From assembly GCA_048772705.1 (NCBI GenBank), contig JBLWGC010000043.1, positions 186,001 to 250,000 on the forward strand: DNA of 64,000 bases, read 5' to 3'. Source of the stretch: Leidyana gryllorum EB-2025a (lineage: Eukaryota > Protista > Apicomplexa). This document shows, piece after piece, positions 10,300 to 19,572 of this stretch. Position 1 is the stretch's first letter. Every line of letters starts with the position of its first letter. The notes beneath the pieces are model-generated. The model was not told the origin of the DNA, made no database searches, and saw nothing but the letters and a program-made list of their open reading frames with translations. A program made the translations under genes and the position numbers.

Positions 10300-10470
10300 T
10301 TAAGGATGACGACACGAAAAAATCCGATGAATTAGTAACGGGTTAAGGATGACGACATGAAAAATTCCGATGAATTTGTAACGAGATAAGGATGACGACA
10401 TCAAAAAACACCGATAAACTTGTAACGAGATAAGGGTGACGACATCAAAAAAATGTGATAAATTTCGTTT
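10300..10470. repeat. Four 43-44-bp direct repeats (TAAGG(A/G)TGACGACA...A-run...GTAACG) per module
   Basis: Units start at 10300, 10343, 10386 and 10430. The same block is at ~11668, 13033, 14401, 15769 and 17219. Diverged copies lie at ~8590-8700. Confidence 0.9.
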
Positions 10471-13400
10471 AGAGACACCCAATAAGACGAGAAAGACGGT
10501 AGGGGAGACTGAGAATGACTCAATGAGATGTTAGCTGGGGCGTCACTGGATGCTGGTTGGGGCAGGTAGCGAATGGGGGTCAGTTGGCTGGGATTAAAAC
10601 TGCACAACGGGGAGGTGAGGCTCTGGTCGCAAAGTGCCGAAGCTCTTCCTCGGCTATGTGAGATGTGTGGGGATGAGGTGTGGGAACTTACTTGGTGTGG
10701 GAACGTGCCAGACCAGTCTGAGTGGCAGGAGGTCACGTCTTGGGAACATCTGGGGGGGAAGAAAGCGAGCGCGAGCGAGAAGAGGGCTTTTTGGATCTGA
10801 GAACAAAAATAACAGTCCAAGTCCCACGTCTCGCACACCAAATCTTGGGAAAAGTGGCTCGTTTGGGCTGCTATCTGTTGCTTGCGAGCCGCACGAGAGC
10901 TAAATTAAGGAGTCTGACGACCCTTACATCTCGATGGGAGGCTAGTTTGCTGTAGCGAACGAGCCAATTGAAGTTTGGGAAGTCTCATTTTTGCAAAAAT
11001 CAGGCCTTCTCGTGTCTCAGAGAGCTCGAGAGAGTCGCCTATCTCCTATTCTAGCGGTGAGATTTCGCCTAAAATCTGGCTGCTAACTAATCAGGCCACT
11101 ACTATTCCTAAGGTAAGCGAGAGAGCTAGTCTAGAGCTCCTAATCAAATTCCTATTTCACTAAAAGTCGTTTCTGGTACCCCCTAAGAACCCCCAAAAAA
11201 CCTACGGTAATGGTCGGGCTCACCCTTGCGGGTTTCGCCGACCTGCACAACGACCCTTACATCTCGATGGGAGGCTAGTTTGCTGTAGCGAACGAGCCAA
11301 TTGAAGTTTGGGAAGTCTCATTTTTGCAAAAATCAGGCCTTCTCGTGTCTCAGAGAGCTCGAGACAGTCGCCTATCTCCTATTCTAGCGGTGAGATTTCG
11401 CCTAAAATCTGGCTGCTAACTAATCAGGCCACTACTATTCCTAAGGTAAGCGAGAGAGCTAGTCTAGAGCTCCTAATCAAATTCCTATTTCACTAAAAGT
11501 CGTTTCTGGTACCCCCAAAAAACCTACGGTAATGGTCGGGCTCACCCTTGCGGGTTTCGCCGACCTGCACAAAGGTGCTGCAAAGAGATGTGTAACACAA
11601 GTATCATCTGGTACAAGTTGCACACTGGTGACGAACTCTGCTTTTTTGAAAATTTGGTAAGGGGGGGTTAAGGATGACGACAGGAAAAAACCCGATGAAT
11701 TAGTAACGGGTTAAGGATGACGACATGAAAAATTCCGATGAATTTGTAACGAGATAAGGATGACGACATCAAAAAACACCGATAAACTTGTAACGAGATA
11801 AGGGTGACGACATCAAAAAAATGTGATAAATTTCGTTTAGAGACACCCAATAAGACGAGAAAGACGGTAGGGGAGACTGAGAATGACTCAATGAGATGTT
11901 AGCTGGGGCGTCACTGGATGCTGGTTGGGGCAGGTAGCGAATGGGGGTCAGTTGGCTGGGATTAAAACTGCACAACGGGGAGGTGAGGCTCTGGTCGCAA
12001 AGTGCCGAAGCTCTTCCTCGGCTATGTGAGATGTGTGGGGATGAGGTGTGGGAACTTACTTGGTGTGGGAACGTGCCAGACCAGTCTGAGTGGCAGGAGG
12101 TCACGTCTTGGGAACATCTGGGGGGGAAGAAAGCGAGCGCGAGCGAGAAGAGGGCTTTTTGGATCTGAGAACAAAAATAACAGTCCAAGTCCCACGTCTC
12201 GCACACCAAATCTTGGGAAAAGTGGCTCGTTTGGGCTGCTATCTGTTGCTTGCGAGCCGCACGAGAGCTAAATTAAGGAGTCTGACGACCCTTACATCTC
12301 GATGGGAGGCTAGTTTGCTGTAGCGAACGAGCCAATTGAAGTTTGGGAAGTCTCATTTTTGCAAAAATCAGGCCTTCTCGTGTCTCAGAGAGCTCGAGAG
12401 AGTCGCCTATCTCCTATTCTAGCGGTGAGATTTCGCCTAAAATCTGGCTGCTAACTAATCAGGCCACTACTATTCCTAAGGTAAGCGAGAGAGCTAGTCT
12501 AGAGCTCCTAATCAAATTCCTATTTCACTAAAAGTCGTTTCTGGTACCCCCTAAGAACCCCCAAAAAACCTACGGTAATGGTCGGGCCCACCCTTGCGGG
12601 TTTCGCCGACCTGCACAACCAGCTGATTGATCAGGCGAAGGTTCTGTATGATTTCGGTCCTTGAGTAGTTGGCACTGCTACCAGTGTAACCCTGGTCGCG
12701 GGTCACGTCTTCGGTAAGTCGGGGTTCGGGAAGCTTGGCGGGTTCAGTGGGTTCGGTCGTTTCCGTCGGGGGTTCGTCTACTGTCGTTATGGATCTCTTA
12801 GTACGTTTCGGGGGCATGTTGTTAGAACAAGCAGTCACGTAAAAAGGGTCTAACGTTCCTTCCTCCAGTTTCAGTTTCCGTGTGTGTTTGCGTTCCCCCC
12901 GTGTCTCCGTGCCGGTGCCGGCCGGCACTCCGGAGCCGGAGACGCGGTCTTACCTGTGCCGGGGGTCAGTCTAGGAGTGGGTTTGATTCCCTGCTACAAA
13001 CTCTGCTTTTTTGAAAATTTGGTAAGGGGGGGTTAAGGATGACGACACGAAAAAATCCGATGAATTAGTAACGGGTTAAGGATGACGACATGAAAAATTC
13101 CGATGAATTTGTAACGAGATAAGGATGACGACATCAAAAAACACCGATAAACTTGTAACGAGATAAGGGTGACGACATCAAAAAAATGTGATAAATTTCG
13201 TTTAGAGACACCCAATAAGACGAGAAAGACGGTAGGGGAGACTGAGAATGACTCAATGAGATGTTAGCTGGGGCGTCACTGGATGCTGGTTGGGGCAGGT
13301 AGCGAATGGGGGTCAGTTGGCTGGGATTAAAACTGCACAACGGGGAGGTGAGGCTCTGGTCGCAAAGTGCCGAAGCTCTTCCTCGGCTATGTGAGATGTG

Positions 13401-16400
13401 TGGGGATGAGGTGTGGGAACTTACTTGGTGTGGGAACGTGCCAGACCAGTCTGAGTGGCAGGAGGTCACGTCTTGGGAACATCTGGGGGGGAAGAAAGCG
13501 AGCGCGAGCGAGAAGAGGGCTTTTTGGATCTGAGAACAAAAATAACAGTCCAAGTCCCACGTCTCGCACACCAAATCTTGGGAAAAGTGGCTCGTTTGGG
13601 CTGCTATCTGTTGCTTGCGAGCCGCACGAGAGCTAAATTAAGGAGTCTGACGACCCTTACATCTCGATGGGAGGCTAGTTTGCTGTAGCGAACGAGCCAA
13701 TTGAAGTTTGGGAAGTCTCATTTTTGCAAAAATCAGGCCTTCTCGTGTCTCAGAGAGCTCGAGAGAGTCGCCTATCTCCTATTCTAGCGGTGAGATTTCG
13801 CCTAAAATCTGGCTGCTAACTAATCAGGTCACTACTATTCCTAAGGTAAGCGAGAGAGCTAGTCTAGAGCTCCTAATCAAATTCCTATTTCACTAAAAGT
13901 CGTTTCTGGTACCCCCTAAGAACCCCCAAAAAACCTACGGTAATGGTCGGGCTCACCCTTGCGGGTTTCGCCGACCTGCACAACGACCCTTACATCTCGA
14001 TGGGAGGCTAGTTTGCTGTAGCGAACGAGCCAATTGAAGTTTGGGAAGTCTCATTTTTGCAAAAATCAGGCCTTCTCGTGTCTCAGAGAGCTCGAGACAG
14101 TCGCCTATCTCCTATTCTAGCGGTGAGATTTCGCCTAAAATCTGGCTGCTAACTAATCAGGCCACTACTATTCCTAAGGTAAGCGAGAGAGCTAGTCTAG
14201 AGCTCCTAATCAAATTCCTATTTCACTAAAAGTCGTTTCTGGTACCCCCAAAAAACCTACGGTAATGGTCGGGCTCACCCTTGCGGGTTTCGCCGACCTG
14301 CACAAAGGTGCTGCAAAGAGATGTGTAACACAAGTATCATCTGGTACAAGTTGCACACTGGTGACGAACTCTGCTTTTTTGAAAATTTGGTAAGGGGGGG
14401 TTAAGGATGACGACAGGAAAAAACCCGATGAATTAGTAACGGGTTAAGGATGACGACATGAAAAATTCCGATGAATTTGTAACGAGATAAGGATGACGAC
14501 ATCAAAAAACACCGATAAACTTGTAACGAGATAAGGGTGACGACATCAAAAAAATGTGATAAATTTCGTTTAGAGACACCCAATAAGACGAGAAAGACGG
14601 TAGGGGAGACTGAGAATGACTCAATGAGATGTTAGCTGGGGCGTCACTGGATGCTGGTTGGGGCAGGTAGCGAATGGGGGTCAGTTGGCTGGGATTAAAA
14701 CTGCACAACGGGGAGGTGAGGCTCTGGTCGCAAAGTGCCGAAGCTCTTCCTCGGCTATGTGAGATGTGTGGGGATGAGGTGTGGGAACTTACTTGGTGTG
14801 GGAACGTGCCAGACCAGTCTGAGTGGCAGGAGGTCACGTCTTGGGAACATCTGGGGGGGAAGAAAGCGAGCGCGAGCGAGAAGAGGGCTTTTTGGATCTG
14901 AGAACAAAAATAACAGTCCAAGTCCCACGTCTCGCACACCAAATCTTGGGAAAAGTGGCTCGTTTGGGCTGCTATCTGTTGCTTGCGAGCCGCACGAGAG
15001 CTAAATTAAGGAGTCTGACGACCCTTACATCTCGATGGGAGGCTAGTTTGCTGTAGCGAACGAGCCAATTGAAGTTTGGGAAGTCTCATTTTTGCAAAAA
15101 TCAGGCCTTCTCGTGTCTCAGAGAGCTCGAGAGAGTCGCCTATCTCCTATTCTAGCGGTGAGATTTCGCCTAAAATCTGGCTGCTAACTAATCAGGCCAC
15201 TACTATTCCTAAGGTAAGCGAGAGAGCTAGTCTAGAGCTCCTAATCAAATTCCTATTTCACTAAAAGTCGTTTCTGGTACCCCCTAAGAACCCCCAAAAA
15301 ACCTACGGTAATGGTCGGGCTCACCCTTGCGGGTTTCGCCGACCTGCACAACGACCCTTACATCTCGATGGGAGGCTAGTTTGCTGTAGCGAACGAGCCA
15401 ATTGAAGTTTGGGAAGTCTCATTTTTGCAAAAATCAGGCCTTCTCGTGTCTCAGAGAGCTCGAGACAGTCGCCTATCTCCTATTCTAGCGGTGAGATTTC
15501 GCCTAAAATCTGGCTGCTAACTAATCAGGCCACTACTATTCCTAAGGTAAGCGAGAGAGCTAGTCTAGAGCTCCTAATCAAATTCCTATTTCACTAAAAG
15601 TCGTTTCTGGTACCCCCAAAAAACCTACGGTAATGGTCGGGCTCACCCTTGCGGGTTTCGCCGACCTGCACAAAGGTGCTGCAAAGAGATGTGTAACACA
15701 AGTATCATCTGGTACAAGTTGCACACTGGTGACGAACTCTGCTTTTTTGAAAATTTGGTAAGGGGGGGTTAAGGATGACGACAGGAAAAAACCCGATGAA
15801 TTAGTAACGGGTTAAGGATGACGACATGAAAAATTCCGATGAATTTGTAACGAGATAAGGATGACGACATCAAAAAACACCGATAAACTTGTAACGAGAT
15901 AAGGGTGACGACATCAAAAAAATGTGATAAATTTCGTTTAGAGACACCCAATAAGACGAGAAAGACGGTAGGGGAGACTGAGAATGACTCAATGGTTAGC
16001 TGGGGCGTCACTGGATGCTGGTTGGGGCAGGTAGCGAATGGGGGTCAGTTGGCTGGGATTAAAACTGCACAACGGGGAGGTGAGGCTCTGGTCGCAAAGT
16101 GCCGAAGCTCTTCCTCGGCTATGTGAGATGTGTGGGGATGAGGTGTGGGAACTTACTTGGTGTGGGAACGTGCCAGACCAGTCTGAGTGGCACGAGGTCA
16201 CGTCTTGGGAACATCTGGGGGGGAAGAAAGCGAGCGCGAGCGAGAAGAGGGCTTTTTGGATCTGAGAACAAAAATAACAGTCCAAGTCCCACGTCTCGCA
16301 CACCAAATCTTGGGAAAAGTGGCTCGTTTGGGCTGCTATCTGTTGCTTGCGAGCCGCACGAGAGCTAAATTAAGGAGTCTGACGACCCTTACATCTCGAT

Positions 16401-17680
16401 GGGAGGCTAGTTTGCTGTAGCGAACGAGCCAATTGAAGTTTGGGAAGTCTCATTTTTGCAAAAATCAGGCCTTCTCGTGTCTCAGAGAGCTCGAGAGAGT
16501 CGCCTATCTCCTATTCTAGCGGTGAGATTTCGCCTAAAATCTGGCTGCTAACTAATCAGGCCACTACTATTCCTAAGGTAAGCGAGAGAGCTAGTCTAGA
16601 GCTCCTAATCAAATTCCTATTTCACTAAAAGTCGTTTCTGGTACCCCCTAAGAACCCCCAAAAAACCTACGGTAATGGTCGGGCTCACCCTTGCGGGTTT
16701 CGCCGACCTGCACAACAAGCAAGTGTAAAGCATGTGGCAAACAAGTTTCAAACGAGTGTCAAACAAGTGTGGAACATGTGGGAAAAAAGTGTTAAACATG
16801 TGGCGAACAAGTCTCAACGGAGTTTCAAACAAGTGTTAAACATGTGGCGAAGAAGTGGCAAACACGTGTCAAACGAGTATCAAACAAGTGTGAAATATGT
16901 GGCAGAAAAGTGTTTAACATGTGGCGAACAAGTCTCAACTGAGTGTCAACGAAGTATGAAAGATGTGGCAAAGAAGTGGCAAGCAAGTGTAAAGCAGGTG
17001 GCAAACAAGTTTCAAAGAAGTATCAAACAAGTAGGAAGCAAGTAGGAAATAAGTGTGAAACAGGTAGCAAACAAGTGTCAAACATGTCGCAAACAAGTCT
17101 CGAACATGTTGCAAAGGGGTATTGAAGGTGCTGCAAAGAGATGTGTAACACAAGTATCATCTGGTACAAGTTGCACACTCGTGACGAACTCTGCTTTTTT
17201 GAAAAATTTGGTAAGGGGTTAAGGATGACGACATGAAAAATTCCGATGAATTAGTAACGGGTTAAGGATGACGACATGAAAAATTCCGATGAATTTGTAA
17301 CGAGATAAGGATGACTACATCAAAAAACACCGATAAACTTGTAACGGGATAAGGGTGACGACATCAAAAAAATGTAATAAATTTCGCTTAGAGACACCCA
17401 ATAACCTCAGTAGACGAGAAAGACGGTAGGGGAGAATGAGAATGACTCAATGAGATGTTAGCTGGGGCGTCACTGGATGCTGGTTGGGGCAGGTAGCGAA
17501 TGGGGGTCAGTTGGCTGGGATAAAAAGTGCACAACGGGGAGGTGAGGCTCTGGTCGCAAAGTGGCGAAGCTCCTTGGGGGCTTTCTGGGATGTGTGGGGA
17601 TGAGTTGCGGGAACTTACTTGGTGTGGGAACGTGCCAGACCAGTCTGAGTGGCACGAGGTCACGTCTTGGGAACATCTGC
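10470..17680 (-). pseudogene. Six deleted or diverged copies of the 8840-9384 cargo gene inside the array modules
   Basis: Exon 1 (MFPRRDL..) and the 38-nt intron are retained. Exon 2 is diverged, internally deleted and joined to the 43-bp repeats. Confidence 0.7.
16716..17125. repeat. Diverged copy of the 11-bp CAAACAAGT satellite inside the 1461-bp module
   Basis: Same periodic motif as 6070-7260. Confidence 0.9.
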
Positions 17681-18176
17681 GGGGAAGAAAGCGAGCGCGA
17701 GCGAGAAGAGGGCTTTTTGGATCTGAGAACAAAAATAACAGTACAAGTCCCACGTCTCGCACACCAAATCTTGGGAAAGGTGGCTCGTTTGGGCTGCTAT
17801 CTGTTGCTTGCGAGCCGCACGAGAGCTAAATTAAGGAGTCTGACGACCCTTACATCTCGATGGGAGGCTAGTTTGCTGTAGCGAACGAGCCAATTGAAGT
17901 TTGGGAAGTCTCATTTTTGCAAAAATCAGGCCTTCTCGTGTCTCAGAGAGCTCGAGAGAGTCGCCTATCTCCTATTCTAGCGGTGAGATTTCGCCTAAAA
18001 TCTGGCTGCTAACTAATCAGGCCACTACTATTCCTAAGGTAAGCGAGAGAGCTAGTCTAGAGCTCCTAATCAAATTCCTATTTCACTAAAAGTCGTTTCT
18101 GGTACCCCCTAAGAACCCCCAAAAAACCTACGGTAATGGTCGGGCTCACCCTTGCGGGTTTCGCCGACCTGCACAA

Positions 18177-18267
18177 CACGTGTGTTCATGTAACTAAAAA
18201 GGTCACAGTCTGCTGTAGCTAAAAGGTCACCTCTGCCCAGTGATCTGGCCGCAGTGTAATCCTTACA
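18177..18267 (-). mobile_element. 91-bp TGTAAG-starting foreign fragment between two termini
   Basis: Unique sequence that starts TGTAAGG on the minus strand immediately after the hairpin base. It has an internal direct repeat CTAAAA(A)GGTCAC. Confidence 0.4.
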
Positions 18268-18305
18268 GTCGGGCTCACCCTTGCGGGTTTCGCCGACCTG
18301 CACAA

Positions 18306-18883
18306 TCAGTATCGGTTCTTCCATACTCCGGTCGCCTCGGACTGGAACGGTCGAAGTGTCGGCGGGTTTTTTGACCGTTCGCTTTCCGTTTGCCTTTGTC
18401 AATCGTCGGCCAGTGCGCGTGGTGCCATCGATCTGGGCACTGCTACCAATGTAATCTGTTGGGCCGGCGGCGTCCGAGCCAACTGCGAGTCGGTGGGCCC
18501 GTGGCCTCAAGGTACGTGGAGAAACCATGGTAAGTTTCGTTGGGTTCGGTTGCGTTCGTGCACACGTGTGTGTATATTAAAAATGCCGGTGTCTCCGGGC
18601 ACGGAGACACCGGTTGCATTCTACCTATCTGTGCTTCTGCTGGCTCGACCTTGGTCGATCGGTGACTGTCTTCTGCTACAACGTGTGTCCGTGTCTCCGC
18701 CCGGCCGGCCGGCCGGTCTCCGAGACACAAACAAGCAGGGCGGATTGACCGAGGTCAAGCGCCGTCAGAAATCCGCCTTTGGCGTAGGTGGTGTCCACCG
18801 CAGAGGACTCCGTCTGCTGGATCGAGGAGTGTGGGCCGATCCAGCAGAGCAAGGGGGGTTCGGGGAGGTGTCATTCCGTTACA
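18306..18883 (-). mobile_element. 578-bp TGTAAC-starting foreign 5' fragment with a highly structured leader and ORF start MVSPRTLRPR
   Basis: Starts TGTAACGG inside the hairpin base. Perfect hairpin at 18586-18613 and other stems. ATG at 18528. Shares Y[TI]GSSA and GTGTCTCCG/CCGGCCGG features with the 9886-10265 fragment. Confidence 0.5.
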
Positions 18884-19047
18884 GGGCTCACCCTTGCGGG
18901 TTTCGCCGACCTGCACAACCGTACTTGCGCACGCTACAGCAACCGCAACGTGTACAGAATTGAAAGCTAAACAGTCGCAAACACGCAAACACAGTACAAT
19001 GCAGCGATAAACAACCACATAAACCACATAATCCAAAAGCAAACAGC

Positions 19048-19298
19048 AGTCACAACAGCCATCGAAGCCGACCGAAACGCCGAACCAAAGGTTACAGGCA
19101 AACTAGTCACAACAGCCATCGAAGCCGACCGAAACGCCGAACCAAAGGTTACAGGCAAACTAGTCACAACAGCCATCGAAGCCGACCGAAACGCCGAACC
19201 AAAGGTTACAGGCAACTAGTCCAAAAGCAAACAACAGTTACAACAGCCATCGAAGCCGACCTAAATGCCGAACCAAAGGTTACAGGCAAACTAGTCAC
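19048..19298. repeat. 57-bp tandem repeat (3 near-perfect copies plus 1 diverged copy)
   Basis: AGTCACAACAGCCATCGAAGCCGACCGAAACGCCGAACCAAAGGTTACAGGCAAACT at 19048, 19105, 19162 and ~19236. Confidence 0.95.
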
Positions 19299-19572
19299 TC
19301 CCGTTCTCTTAGTTGTCCGCCTCCCCTCGCCGACGGGACTGTGAGGAGACAGAATCAGCATCACTAACGGCACAAGGGCCGACAATCGTCAAGCTGGAAG
19401 TTTTCTCGTGTTGTAGTCTCCAGCCGTCTCCCACAAGCTTCTGTTGTTGCTAACGGCAGCGGACATCGGAAGCAATTCGATTCCCACAACGAGCGGTATT
19501 GGAGTATGTTCTTTGCGTGTCAGTAGTGTCGTATAGTGCAAAACAATACACGTCTCACTAGCAATCCGCGGC

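Larger units (their letters stand above)
1..18918 (-). mobile_element. Large autonomous Helitron-type rolling-circle element (Helitron2/Helentron-like) with cargo genes and multiple stacked 5' termini; the other end lies outside the window
   Basis: Intact RepHel ORF at <1..4468. Unknown cargo ORFs and a satellite follow. Repeated hairpin termini all end sharply at ...CTGCACAA on the + strand. The first terminus is at 9885 and the outermost at 18918. Assigning the termini to the RepHel element is an inference from adjacency and shared internal repeats. Confidence 0.75.
9847..18918 (-). repeat. Array of 12 copies of a 39-nt hairpin terminus separating modules of 1365, 322, 1046, 1365, 322, 1046, 322, 1042, 1461, 129 and 613 bp
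   Basis: Motif GGTCGGGCTCACCCTTGCGGGTTTCGCCGACCTGCACAA ends at 9885, 11250, 11572, 12618, 13983, 14305, 15351, 15673, 16715, 18176, 18305 and 18918. The last two copies are trimmed to 38 and 35 nt. Confidence 0.97.

Noticed and set aside
10600-10607. Internal CTGCACAA as an extra terminus or sub-terminal repeat
   Set aside because: No hairpin, direct orientation, and not conserved in homologous copies (~9190, ~17527).
9357-18089. Repeated short ORFs (MGSLIFAKIRP.., MVCETWDLD.., etc.)
   Set aside because: Most start at non-ATG codons, and their recurrence only reflects DNA duplication.
18109-18528. ORFs reading through termini (..VQVGETRKGEPD..), also 9818-10195 and 12551-12928
   Set aside because: Chance chimeras of a truncated foreign ORF and the terminus. 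The 129-bp module merely happens to be in frame.
9847-18918. Bona fide CRISPR array
   Set aside because: Eukaryotic context and no cas genes. The intervening pieces are about 90-1420 bp and mostly duplicated element sequence.
18967-19215. 82-aa repeat ORF
   Set aside because: Translation of the 57-bp repeat with a non-ATG start.
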